A stretch of DNA of 35,775 bases from Fidelibacterota bacterium (GTDB lineage Bacteria > Fidelibacterota > Marinisomatia > Marinisomatales > S15-B10), in assembly GCA_002729175.1 (NCBI GenBank), contig PBTS01000006.1:20460-56234 (forward strand), given 5' to 3'. This document shows, in pieces, positions 26,592-35,775 of this stretch. Within the stretch, counting starts at the first letter, position 1. Each line of letters begins with the position of its first letter. The notes below the pieces were generated by a model. It was not told the origin of the DNA. It did not search any database and saw nothing but the letters and a program-made list of their open reading frames with translations. The position numbers and the translations under genes are program-made.

Positions 26592-27149
26592 TTATTCCCC
26601 TTCGTACTCCTCGCCCCCATCTTCATATGCTTCAAGATAAGCTTCGATCATTTCAGGATCATATTCAACCTCGTATTCCTCTGGCATCCACATATTCATA
26701 TTATCATGCTCAACACCCACCTCTACCGGTTCAACAGGCTGAGGAGCGGGCGGTACTTCTGGTGGCACAACAGAAGGAGAAAAGACCACTTGAGTCTGCG
26801 CACTTTTCCAGTAGAAAAGAAAGGCGCCAGGCGTCATGGCAAGGAACCAGATAACAAAAGAAAAAAGTGCAGGCTCAGGTAAAACGTGATAACCTCCCCA
26901 CATATCCTGTTCAATTGCCTGATCCAGAAAGACAACTGTCCCAGCGAGGAATCCAAAAAGTGTGACCACAATTGGAAGGGAATTAACTTTGATTTTCATA
27001 AAACTCAGACAGGCGAACCAGACAAGAAGTCCACCCACCACAGACATCAGAGCAAGACGGAACTCGCCTAAGGCAACAGCAGCCACAAATCCAGCCAGGG
27101 CTAAAAGCACAACGATTGCACTGATAAATGAATTCACATTAAAGTTCAT
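26592..27149 (-). CDS. Hypothetical 4-TM membrane protein with Pro-rich linker and acidic tail
   Basis: Four hydrophobic segments, VPPEVPPAPQP linker, E/D/Y-rich C-terminus. Confidence 0.75.
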   Translation of the reverse strand: MNFNVNSFISAIVVLLALAGFVAAVALGEFRLALMSVVGGLLVWFACLSFMKIKVNSLPIVVTLFGFLAGTVVFLDQAIEQDMWGGYHVLPEPALFSFVIWFLAMTPGAFLFYWKSAQTQVVFSPSVVPPEVPPAPQPVEPVEVGVEHDNMNMWMPEEYEVEYDPEMIEAYLEAYEDGGEEYEGE

Positions 27150-27305
27150 CGATTTTGATTTTCTCTACCTCGGAAGTAGCAACCAAAGGTGAAATTGATC
27201 ATAAGTACCAAAATAGGCAAGATGAATCTGCATATTTGGCAGGAAGACTTTCCCTTTCGGCAATTCGTCCAATCCTCTCTATATTCGCCAGAGAGAGTCG
27301 ATCTC

Positions 27306-28304
27306 ATGAGTAATCCTATATCTTCAAAAGTTATTGGAATTATTGGTGTTGGGCACCTTGGCAAGAAACATCTGGTCAATGTGCTGAATCACCCAACAGC
27401 TACTTGTGCTGGACTTTTTGACATTGACAGCTCAACTTCGAAAAAAGTGGCCAAGGATACAGGAGTATATGCAACCCAATCTCTTGAAGAAATTATTGAA
27501 AAGAGCGACGCACTTATCATCGCCGTGCCTACGTCAGAGCACTTTTCAGTTGGGAAAGCGTGTCTTGAAGCGGGAAAGGATATTTTTATAGAAAAACCAT
27601 TATGTCTGACGTTGGAAGAGGCTGACGAGCTGGTTAAGCAGGCAAAGAGGCAAAACGTGATACTTCAAGTGGGCCATGTAGAGCGGCTGAATCCGGCAGT
27701 TTTGACTCTAAGAAGGGAAAAAATCCCCTTGGAGCCCGATTATATTGAAACACATCGGCTTGCGCCGTACCGTGTCCGTGGGACGGAAGTCCCAGTTGTG
27801 TTAGATCTTATGATCCACGATCTTGACGTAATTCTCTCTCTAGTTAATTCACCTGTTAAAAGCGTAGCTGCTACTGGTGTTTCTATTATGACAAGTTCCG
27901 TAGACATTGCAAATGCCCGCATCCGGTTTAAAAACGGTTGTGTTGCCAACATTACATCAAGCAGGGTGGCTAAAGATTATGTCCGGAAGCTACGCCTGTT
28001 TGAGAGAGACATATATATAACTATTGACTTTTTGCTAGGCCTTACTGAAGTGTATAAGGTGTTGGATGCAGACATAGAAGACCCTGAAGCATTGCTTTCT
28101 GCACCTTTGGAGCGAAACGGCAACAACAGGCAGATTGTGTACGAGAAACCAAAACAGGAGAAGGTAAACGCCCTTCAAATGGAATTGACAAACTTTGTAG
28201 AGGCTATTGAAGGCAAGTCAGAACCTATCGTATCAGGAGAAGACGGCCGAGAAGCACTACGCCTTGCCCTGCTCATACAGGAGAAAATCGAGAAAGATCT
28301 CTAA
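27306..28304 (+). CDS. Gfo/Idh/MocA oxidoreductase, GnnA-like (putative UDP-GlcNAc 3-dehydrogenase)
   Basis: GVGHLG, IEKP, QVGHVERLNP, VVLDLMIHDLD, DIANARIRF.NGCVAN.TSSR; in operon with lpxB. Start trimmed to ATG 27306. Confidence 0.85.
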   Translation: MSNPISSKVIGIIGVGHLGKKHLVNVLNHPTATCAGLFDIDSSTSKKVAKDTGVYATQSLEEIIEKSDALIIAVPTSEHFSVGKACLEAGKDIFIEKPLCLTLEEADELVKQAKRQNVILQVGHVERLNPAVLTLRREKIPLEPDYIETHRLAPYRVRGTEVPVVLDLMIHDLDVILSLVNSPVKSVAATGVSIMTSSVDIANARIRFKNGCVANITSSRVAKDYVRKLRLFERDIYITIDFLLGLTEVYKVLDADIEDPEALLSAPLERNGNNRQIVYEKPKQEKVNALQMELTNFVEAIEGKSEPIVSGEDGREALRLALLIQEKIEKDL

Positions 28305-28333
28305 TGATTTGCGGGTTGGGTTGAATTTGTGAT

Positions 28334-28912
28334 ATGGATGTCCGCCAATTTTTCTTTAAGAATCGAAGCTATACACCTGTTCCGCTGGCTTTTGCCATAA
28401 TATTCTTTGCAGATCCCAGTGGTTCCGGCACAATAGTTGGATTTCTCCTGGTTCTCGTTGGAGAAATCATAAGATTAAATGGTGTTCATCATGCAGGTGG
28501 CGCAACAAGGACGAGAAAAGTGGGCGCTCCCACCCTCTGTACATCTGGTCCTTTTGGTTATGTGAGAAACCCTCTTTACTTGGGTAACATTATTATCTAT
28601 GCAGGAGTTGTATTGATGGCCGATGGTCCCTTTATGTGGCAACTGTTGGGGATTACTGTTGCTTTCTTTTTTCTGCAATATGGTTTAATTATATCTCTTG
28701 AAGAGGAGATACTTGCGGGCAAGTTTAGAGATGAGTACAGATTATATTTAACTACTGTTCCCCGTTTCATCCCCCGCACGACATCATGGTCGGGGCACAA
28801 CAAGACATCACCCTTAACATGGGAAAAAACATTCCGCACCGAGCGCCGAACCTTTCAGATGATAGCCATTTTTTTCCTTTTTATTGTTGCCAAAGCAACA
28901 ATTTTACGGTGA
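28334..28912 (+). CDS. Isoprenylcysteine carboxyl methyltransferase/PEMT-family membrane methyltransferase
   Basis: L.TSGPFGYVRNPLYLG, EEEIL..KF...Y..Y...VPRFIP; multiple TMs. Confidence 0.88.
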   Translation: MDVRQFFFKNRSYTPVPLAFAIIFFADPSGSGTIVGFLLVLVGEIIRLNGVHHAGGATRTRKVGAPTLCTSGPFGYVRNPLYLGNIIIYAGVVLMADGPFMWQLLGITVAFFFLQYGLIISLEEEILAGKFRDEYRLYLTTVPRFIPRTTSWSGHNKTSPLTWEKTFRTERRTFQMIAIFFLFIVAKATILR

Positions 28913-28919
28913 AATTATA

Positions 28920-30038
28920 GTGACCAAAGAAATTCTCATTGTTGCGGGGGAAACATCGGCAGACCAGCACGGCGCCGCCCTTGTAAGCCAACTTAAAGCA
29001 GCTTCAAAAGACGTGACCTTCTTTGGTATCGGCGGTGACAACCTCAGGTGGGAAGGCGTTCAACTTGTGGAGCATGCGGAGAATATGGCAATTATGGGAT
29101 TTGTGGAAGTGGCGAAACATTATTGGTTTCTGAGGACCGTCTATAATAAGGTGGTATCAGAATGTGAAAAGAGAAATCCTGCCCGGGCAATCCTCATTGA
29201 CTATCCAGGCTTTAATCTCAGGCTAGCTAAAGAGCTAAAAAAAAGACAAATACCCGTTACATACTACATCAGCCCCCAACTTTGGGCATGGAAGGAAAAA
29301 CGCATTGAGATAATTCGTGAATGTGTGGATCAAATGCTATGTATTTTTCCTTTTGAAGAACAATGGTATCGTCAACGAGGAGTAGAGGCTACATATGTGG
29401 GTCACCCTTTTTTGGATGGAGAACCCAATTTTATGGAGAGAGAATATTTTCTTGATAAACATAGCCTTTCTACTAACACTATTGTACTTGCTCTCATGCC
29501 TGGGAGCCGCCAGCAAGAGGTAAATCGCCATCTTAAAACAATGATCAAAACGGTAGAATTAGTAAAAAGAGACATTGAGATATCAGCTATAGTTGGTAAA
29601 GCTCCAGCAGTAGAGCTTCCTCAAGAAATTGGAGATAAGATCCACATAGAGACTGATACACCAGAGATGGTATTGAAATATGCGTCAATTGGTATTGTCA
29701 GCTCGGGGACCGTCTCTCTGCAATCGGCCATATACGGTGTTCCAAGCGTTGTCATATATAAGATGAATCCATTGACTTGGATCGTCGCCAATAAAGTGAC
29801 TCAAGTCTCTTATGCATCAATGACAAACCTCATTGCAAAGGAGCAAGTGCTTCCAGAGTTATTACAGAGCCGTGCTAGACCTGAGAAAATAGCAGATTGC
29901 TTGAAAAAATGGCTCCGGTCGGAGGATTTGAGGGAACAAACAGTGAATCAGTTAAGTGAGGTTAAACGACAGCTAGGTGGCCCGGGCGCCTCCCAAAAAG
30001 TTGCCCGACTCATACTGGAACGCCTGGAAGCAGCTTAG
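28920..30038 (+). CDS. lpxB: Lipid-A-disaccharide synthase
   Basis: IVAGETSAD.HG, IDYPGFN, YYISPQLWAW, IFPFE, YVGHP, MPGSR..E, SGT. Confidence 0.96.
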   Translation: MTKEILIVAGETSADQHGAALVSQLKAASKDVTFFGIGGDNLRWEGVQLVEHAENMAIMGFVEVAKHYWFLRTVYNKVVSECEKRNPARAILIDYPGFNLRLAKELKKRQIPVTYYISPQLWAWKEKRIEIIRECVDQMLCIFPFEEQWYRQRGVEATYVGHPFLDGEPNFMEREYFLDKHSLSTNTIVLALMPGSRQQEVNRHLKTMIKTVELVKRDIEISAIVGKAPAVELPQEIGDKIHIETDTPEMVLKYASIGIVSSGTVSLQSAIYGVPSVVIYKMNPLTWIVANKVTQVSYASMTNLIAKEQVLPELLQSRARPEKIADCLKKWLRSEDLREQTVNQLSEVKRQLGGPGASQKVARLILERLEAA

Positions 30039-30045
30039 AATTGTT

Positions 30046-30681
30046 TTGAGTTTCAGAATTGTAATTTCCGCATTCCTTGGATATTGGTTGTTAAGATGTT
30101 TCTTTTGGGTCAACAGGCGGACGGTGTTGAATGGCGAGCGGTTAAATGAAGCGGTGTCATCCGGCAGACCAGTTTTAATATGCTGTTGGCATGGACGACT
30201 TCTTTTTCCTGTATTTCAGTGGAATAAATATAACTATTATGCCCTTGCTGGGTTAAACAATGATGCTGAAATCATATCCAAAATTGCCACAAAGCTAGGG
30301 TGGAAAATGTTACGTGGGTCTGGTAGTCGGGGTGGCTCCAAGGCCTATATGGAAATGATAAGGGTTCTAAACGACGGAGGGAAACTGTTCATTACCCCAG
30401 ACGGATCACAAGGGCCCGAATATGAAGTTAAAGAAGGCGCTATAAAAAGTGCTTTGCGTACAGAAGCCATTATGGTGCCGGTGTCTGGTCAGGCATCGAG
30501 AGGGTGGGAAATAAGGAATTGGGATACTTTTGTGATTCCAAAACCATTTGGACGGATAGTGCACGTTGTGGGTGACCCTGTGGACGTACGGGACCTTGCA
30601 GAGGGAGACAGCGTTAGAGATGCTATAACAGCTGGAATGATTAAAGCGCAGGAAGAAGCTGATGCGTGGATTAGCGGATAG
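30046..30681 (+). CDS. DUF374 lysophospholipid acyltransferase-family protein (LpxJ-like)
   Basis: CWHGRL, DAEII, RGSGSRGG, ITPDG..GP, WDTFVIPKPFG. Start uncertain (TTG 30046 chosen; ORF open from 29977). Confidence 0.82.
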   Translation: MSFRIVISAFLGYWLLRCFFWVNRRTVLNGERLNEAVSSGRPVLICCWHGRLLFPVFQWNKYNYYALAGLNNDAEIISKIATKLGWKMLRGSGSRGGSKAYMEMIRVLNDGGKLFITPDGSQGPEYEVKEGAIKSALRTEAIMVPVSGQASRGWEIRNWDTFVIPKPFGRIVHVVGDPVDVRDLAEGDSVRDAITAGMIKAQEEADAWISG

Positions 30682-31672
30682 GTTCAAATATATATTTTTC
30701 CCCGTAGCTCTTTTTTACTGGGGGTTAACCGTCTGGCGCAATTTGTTCTATGCAATAGGATTCTTCGTAAGCCACCGATTGCCAGTTCCTGTGGTAAGCG
30801 TCGGGAACATTACGTTAGGGGGAACAGGCAAAACGCCCACAGTTGTGGCCATTGCTCACATATTGCATAAGCTTGGAAAACGGCCTTGCGTTATTAGTAG
30901 GGGTTACATGAGAGAAACCACGGGAACTGTGGTAGTATCAGATGGAGAAAATGTTCTCGTGCCTTGGAATGAAGCCGGCGATGAAGCCTTTCTTATGGCG
31001 CAGAGACTTCCAACTGTGCCAGTGATCGTGGATGAAGTGAAGTACCGAGGCGCTATTTTGGCGATGGAACGTTTTAAATGTGAGGTGATTATTCTTGATG
31101 ATGCCTTCCAGCACCGCGCCGTTGAGAGGGACTTAGATATCGTGCTGATAAACAGCCGAGAGCCACAGGAACATTACAAGATGATGCCCTATGGCCGTTT
31201 GCGTGAGCCAGTCTGGTCACTAAAACGGGCGGACTTGGTAATCTGGAGCAGAGCTGATCAATCACGGCCAGCAGCGACCGTCAGAAAATGGGTGCATCAA
31301 CGTTCACTAAAAAGTTTGAAAAGCGGCCTTTCTATGACGGGTACTGAATGTTTGAAAGGGGTGAAGGTATTCTCTTTTTGCGGGATTGGGGATCCTGAAT
31401 CATTTCTCTTTCTTTTGAATCAGCTTAACATGGAAGTGATTGAGTTACAGCCATTTCCCGATCACCACGTTTACAGCGAATCAGAAATTGCACAGCTAAA
31501 AACAAAAGCGACGGGCTTGGGTGCAACTCACCTTGTTACAACAGAGAAAGACTGGGTGAAGCTTCCAGAAATTGAAAGACAAGATGGATATATTCGCTAT
31601 GTCCCTGTTGAAGCAGTTTTTCTGAACAATGGGGAGGCGACGCTTGAGAAAGAGCTAAAAGGGCTCTTTTAA
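30662..31672 (+). CDS. lpxK: Tetraacyldisaccharide 4'-kinase
   Basis: VVSVGNITLGGTGKTP, SRGY, GDEA, LDDAFQH, PYGRLRE, FPDHH, TTEKDWVKL. Confidence 0.96.
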   Translation: MRGLADRFKYIFFPVALFYWGLTVWRNLFYAIGFFVSHRLPVPVVSVGNITLGGTGKTPTVVAIAHILHKLGKRPCVISRGYMRETTGTVVVSDGENVLVPWNEAGDEAFLMAQRLPTVPVIVDEVKYRGAILAMERFKCEVIILDDAFQHRAVERDLDIVLINSREPQEHYKMMPYGRLREPVWSLKRADLVIWSRADQSRPAATVRKWVHQRSLKSLKSGLSMTGTECLKGVKVFSFCGIGDPESFLFLLNQLNMEVIELQPFPDHHVYSESEIAQLKTKATGLGATHLVTTEKDWVKLPEIERQDGYIRYVPVEAVFLNNGEATLEKELKGLF

Positions 31673-31676
31673 TGGC

Positions 31677-34600
31677 CTAGTTCAAGGCGGCCACGCCAAC
31701 AGTAAACATTGTTCCGACAAAAGCGAGCAGGAGAGGCCAGCTTGTGGAGATAAACTGTTGGGAAGAGGGATCTTCGAATACGTGAACCTGAAATTCATGC
31801 GAGGTGGCTGAGCCCCGTTCGTCCACCGCTGCAATGACAATGTCGTTAACGCCCCGCTGAGCCATTCTCGGTTTCCACCTGAGCATACCAGTATCAGGAT
31901 CAAAACGGGCATATTTCGGAATTTTCACAGGCCGGAGCTTAACCTCATCACCATTGAGATCTTCTGTTACCATTCTGTATCGGTATTCAAAATTGGTGAG
32001 AGCCACAGGTTTTGGTTGAGTCAGAACGTTGGGTGAAATATTAACAAAAAGTCTTGTCTCCTGTATATCAGTAGTATAGCTATCACTTACCTCTACTGAA
32101 AAAAGGCGGCTGTTAATTTGTGACGGTGTGGGGTTCCACGATATGCGCCCGTCCCGAGTGATCTGCATCCCCTTTGGAGCCTTGGCAAGGCTGAAGGATA
32201 GTCCCCGGTCAGAATTCTTGTCCTCCACTACAACTTTGTACTTGTAAAGTTCATTAACACGAGCGGTTTTGGGCGCCGTTGAAATGATAGTAGGAGGATG
32301 ATTGATATACAGTTCAAAGCCTTGTTCATCTTTGGTATAACCGTCGGACACCATATACGCAATAGTGTGGCTATCGTACTGATTGGGGGAGGGCGTCCAG
32401 GAGATTGTTCCTGTGTACTCGTCCACAAACATGCCATCCGGGAAGTCAAGCAATGTATACCTCACAAACGGCACACGATCTACCAGAACCTTAGGCGGCT
32501 TGCCTTTGTTGCCTTCGAAAAAGTGCCAGAGAACGTCCCTGATCTTCACCGTTCTGCCGCCGACTCTTTTTATAACAACGATAAGTTGGTCATCCTCGTA
32601 GAAGATATCCTGAACGTAGCGCTTCAGATTGATGCGCGATACAGTTTCTTCCTCTTCTCCCGGTTCTTCACCACCCACCTCTTCTTCATCCATGTCAATG
32701 AGAATTGATTTCTTAGCTTTGAATTCACCGATATATCGATCGATATTTTCTCGATAAACATCATCATCTATCTCTACAGCGAAAACTTGACCATCTTTTA
32801 CGGAGTAAATAGGTGTAATCTTGGCATAGGGCATAAGAGACCCTTCATTCAAGTCTTTAGTTCCTATCTCATAAGTTAATGATTTACCCACAGAGCCGAG
32901 AGTGGGTGGTTCAGAAACAATCTGGATGGGAGCATTTACAAAGAAGTCATAAGACTGTACGTGGGACATGTGACCGTCCGATATTTCAATTTCGGCAGTA
33001 GAAAAATCTAGATTTGCTTCCGTCGGAACCCAGAGAATACGTCCTATGGAAGGATCCACACGCATTCCCTCAGGCAGTTTAATGGGTTCATATCTAATAA
33101 TGTCAAACTCATTGGGGTCATCTACCACAATTTGAAAATCGAATGTATCGTTTAGGGCAATTTTTGTCATGGGTTCAGGAACGGAAGACAAAATCGGAGG
33201 ATGATTGACAAACAAGGCAACACTTTGAGTGTCTACAGCAATTCCGTGATTTGCCGCAAGAACAAAGCGCTGAGTATCAATTTGAGTGCTTTGGGGTGTC
33301 CAAGTGATCTGTCCCATGTTATCAACCATCATTCCGTAAGGCGAATATACAAGGGTGTAGACCAGTTCTTGCTGTTTGTCTTCGGGCATTCGCACGTTAA
33401 CTTTGTAGCGATACTCTTCTCCAACGGTACCACTTAATTCCGGTAGCGAGGTAATTACCACCTGCCCACGGGAATAAAGTTTCAGGTTTTGTACGTCACG
33501 GTCAAACCCGTCTGATGCTATGACCCTCACATCGTAAATGTCAATATGAGAAGCATTTGTCTGCCATTTAAGCAATCCATCCTGTTCAATTGTCATTCCC
33601 TCTGGTGCCTTCTCAAGTGTGTGTCTGATGAAGGCATCCTCATTTTTGTCTGTAACATCCACCTGATAGATGAAAGGGTCGCCAGCCACAAATTCAGTCT
33701 CTTCGGGATAAGAGACGATTTGGGGCGGATCGTTAACATAGATCCAAAACCGAGATTCAATAGTGGCCAGCTCTGGGACCACCTGATATGTTACCACCCC
33801 TTCTTCATCTGTGGTGATGATATCAACGGTCTCACCTACTTTCATTTTCAGCAAGAAGGACAATTGGTACGCACCCAGCTGCATATCATCCGGGACCCAT
33901 TCAATGGATTTTGTCTCGTAGTGGAAATACATTCCACGAGGGGGGGCGTTGACCCAACGGAAGCTAAAAAATTCCCGGTCATCCTCTTCTGGAATAGTGT
34001 AGGCGAAGGTCTGATTAACAGGGAGAACATAAGTTGGTAGTATCCCGAGAGGTAGGGGTTGACCTTCAGCTGGCGGAACAATAGGCATCTCCTCAATAGT
34101 TTCTTCCATGCGGACCTGTGGGATGTAGGTATCAACCAGAATTTCTTCAGGATATTCTGGTATTGAACCTAATTCAAAGTAGAAAATTTCGCTTTGCTGT
34201 CCCGTCCATCCACCGGCAATGACCGTGCCGAGATATATCCCATCCACAATCTCGGGAATCACGGAAAAAATTTGAGGACCTTCAGCATCTTCCCCAGCAG
34301 CAATGGAGAAATATTCGTTAAGACGCGGTGCATCCATACGGGTGCCGTAAGAAGCGGTAACAATACCTTGTTGTCCGCTGACAAGTAAAAGATCTACAAG
34401 TCCATCTTGGTTAAAATCAGCATGCTTTAAATCAGACAGGGGCCCAGCCTCTATGCCGAGCTCAGTAACCTCAACTTTTTGATCAACCATGGAAAGTGAT
34501 ACAACGTGCCCAGACTGAAATGGAATTAATACATCATCGGTTTCATCACTGTTCCAATTAAGGGTAGCTAGAGAACGGGTCAGAATGTTTGACATTCCGG

Positions 34601-35366
34601 GAACACGATGAAGTAGGTTCGTGCCAGCGCCCAGGACACCCCCGGAATTCAAAAAGGACTGAATCCTCAGAATATTTCTTTCTGGGCTGAACGCAAAAAG
34701 GTCAGAAAGACCGTCCCGGTCGAAATCAACGCCAGCCACATGAACGTCGCCGGCGCTTGTTGAGAAATCTTGAAGAAGAAATGATTGGATTTCATTGAAC
34801 AGACGTTCTTCTCCAGGAGAAAGGCCGATAACAGTCACCACAGCTTCCGGGCCTGTCAAGGCAATGGCAACCTCTTCTTTGCCGTCTCCTTCAAGGTCTA
34901 CGATATCCACATTGCTGATAGCTTGACCGCTTTGAGGACCCGTGAGGGCTGTGGAAAGAGCCGGTGCTTTAGAGAAGCCACCATCTATCCAGTCGTAAAC
35001 ATAGATTACCCCTTGGCTAAGGTCTGGATTGTCTGGAACTCTCACGTTTGCCGCAATGAAGAGTTCGGCGTTACCGCTCCCGTCAAGATCTGTGATGCGA
35101 GCAGCTACAATGCTTCCGTCAATCTGTTGCGGTGTATCTAGGTTCCAGATCAGTTGGGGAAAACCGAGATCATCGATTTCATAGTACGCAACCCGGGAAA
35201 CAACCCCACCCGTTTCCCGGTCCTGCTCGAAAGAAACGAACTCTACGAGATCATCATTATCCAAGTCATACACACCATCCATGTGGACGATCTGAAGATT
35301 TTGGGCCGTGAGGCCAGACAAAAACATAAAGGCGAAAGCTACAGAAGTTTTTAGAATGTTTCTCAT
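31677..35366 (-). CDS. Large surface protein: signal peptide, FG-GAP/VCBS-like repeats, seven putative Ig (He_PIG/cadherin-like) domains, C-terminal TM anchor
   Basis: DLDNDD, DLDGSG, DLEGDG, DFDRDG, DFNQDG Ca-binding motifs; repeated N.PP.I.S.P...P.GM......G...WTP......V.DG units; hydrophobic C-terminus WPLLLAFVGTMFTVGVAA. Confidence 0.85.
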   Translation of the reverse strand: MRNILKTSVAFAFMFLSGLTAQNLQIVHMDGVYDLDNDDLVEFVSFEQDRETGGVVSRVAYYEIDDLGFPQLIWNLDTPQQIDGSIVAARITDLDGSGNAELFIAANVRVPDNPDLSQGVIYVYDWIDGGFSKAPALSTALTGPQSGQAISNVDIVDLEGDGKEEVAIALTGPEAVVTVIGLSPGEERLFNEIQSFLLQDFSTSAGDVHVAGVDFDRDGLSDLFAFSPERNILRIQSFLNSGGVLGAGTNLLHRVPGMSNILTRSLATLNWNSDETDDVLIPFQSGHVVSLSMVDQKVEVTELGIEAGPLSDLKHADFNQDGLVDLLLVSGQQGIVTASYGTRMDAPRLNEYFSIAAGEDAEGPQIFSVIPEIVDGIYLGTVIAGGWTGQQSEIFYFELGSIPEYPEEILVDTYIPQVRMEETIEEMPIVPPAEGQPLPLGILPTYVLPVNQTFAYTIPEEDDREFFSFRWVNAPPRGMYFHYETKSIEWVPDDMQLGAYQLSFLLKMKVGETVDIITTDEEGVVTYQVVPELATIESRFWIYVNDPPQIVSYPEETEFVAGDPFIYQVDVTDKNEDAFIRHTLEKAPEGMTIEQDGLLKWQTNASHIDIYDVRVIASDGFDRDVQNLKLYSRGQVVITSLPELSGTVGEEYRYKVNVRMPEDKQQELVYTLVYSPYGMMVDNMGQITWTPQSTQIDTQRFVLAANHGIAVDTQSVALFVNHPPILSSVPEPMTKIALNDTFDFQIVVDDPNEFDIIRYEPIKLPEGMRVDPSIGRILWVPTEANLDFSTAEIEISDGHMSHVQSYDFFVNAPIQIVSEPPTLGSVGKSLTYEIGTKDLNEGSLMPYAKITPIYSVKDGQVFAVEIDDDVYRENIDRYIGEFKAKKSILIDMDEEEVGGEEPGEEEETVSRINLKRYVQDIFYEDDQLIVVIKRVGGRTVKIRDVLWHFFEGNKGKPPKVLVDRVPFVRYTLLDFPDGMFVDEYTGTISWTPSPNQYDSHTIAYMVSDGYTKDEQGFELYINHPPTIISTAPKTARVNELYKYKVVVEDKNSDRGLSFSLAKAPKGMQITRDGRISWNPTPSQINSRLFSVEVSDSYTTDIQETRLFVNISPNVLTQPKPVALTNFEYRYRMVTEDLNGDEVKLRPVKIPKYARFDPDTGMLRWKPRMAQRGVNDIVIAAVDERGSATSHEFQVHVFEDPSSQQFISTSWPLLLAFVGTMFTVGVAALN

Positions 35367-35775
35367 TTATGGCTGTACAAGAACTGTAAAAAGGACCGAC
35401 TCTACTTTGGTGCTTGACCGAATAGTAACACCTTGACCTCTAACCTCATTCACAACAGGGCGTTCGCCACTGCCCTCTACAGTCATCTGAAATTCGATTG
35501 GATGTACACCTACCTGAGAAGGGACCGGAGTCCAGGTGATGACTTTGGATGAAGGGTCGAAACTGGCACCACTTGGCAAGGAGACAGGTCGGAAGGAGAT
35601 TATGGTGCCACTGGAGGGTTCAACGGGATAAACAAATTTTTCTCCAACATATAAGGTGTCAGAAATACCTGAACCAACCGGTGCTCCAGCCCCTTTTCCA
35701 AGAGTAGACAATTGTATCTGCCGCATTTTTCCAGCTGGCGGCGATGCCGTCGGTGGGGCGGAAGGAGCAGAAGCT
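35367..35775 (-). CDS. 3' end of a protein with Pro/Ala linker and terminal putative Ig domain (runs off right edge)
   Basis: Frame stays open to the window end (ASAPSAPPTASPPAGK...); LPSGASFDP...ITWTP...QVG; stop abuts the ATG of the next gene. Confidence 0.8.
   Translation of the reverse strand, partial: ASAPSAPPTASPPAGKMRQIQLSTLGKGAGAPVGSGISDTLYVGEKFVYPVEPSSGTIISFRPVSLPSGASFDPSSKVITWTPVPSQVGVHPIEFQMTVEGSGERPVVNEVRGQGVTIRSSTKVESVLFTVLVQP

Noticed and set aside
27146-27379. 77-aa minus ORF and the 39-aa extension of the oxidoreductase
   Set aside because: Both overlap the divergent promoter region; the Rossmann motif starts right after ATG 27306.
636-35354. Many 60-165 aa ORFs antisense or out of frame to assigned genes (e.g. 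3848-4339, 11684-12130, 33546-34040)
   Set aside because: Shadow ORFs fully inside well-supported genes, with no motifs.
1-35775. CRISPR arrays, tRNA/rRNA, IS elements, integrases, defence systems
   Set aside because: No spaced DNA repeats, cloverleafs, terminal inverted repeats or matching protein motifs seen by eye; a covariance-model scan was not possible.

Overview
Bacterial replication-origin region of a diderm (lipid A-making) organism. Gene content and style suggest a Marinimicrobia-like/FCB-adjacent marine lineage (inference). Left arm (minus strand): rpmH-yidD-yidC-mnmE-mnmG-mfd, with two parS palindromes flanking mnmG and no rnpA. Right arm: DnaA boxes and dnaA, followed directly by lexA (no dnaN). 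lexA is translationally coupled to a selenocysteine (UGA+SECIS) BCP peroxiredoxin that the ORF track truncates. Next come an isochorismatase-family hydrolase, an M16 peptidase pair, a DHFR-like protein, an esterase, feoAB plus a small Cys protein, a lipoprotein formamidase/acetamidase, a TAXI-like binding protein, an SRPBCC protein with three unrecognised helical repeats, an SSS transporter, dusB, a DUF5020-like outer-membrane protein and SulP-STAS-cNMP. Last are an atypical lipid A operon (GnnA-like, ICMT/LmtA-like, lpxB, DUF374/LpxJ-like, lpxK) and two related surface proteins with Ig-like domains. No rRNA, tRNA, CRISPR array or mobile element was seen. Best leads: the LexA-coupled selenoperoxiredoxin with a GTAC-N7-GTAC operator, a polyproline leader ORF in front of dnaA, the predicted methylated GlcN3N lipid A pathway, and the missing rnpA.
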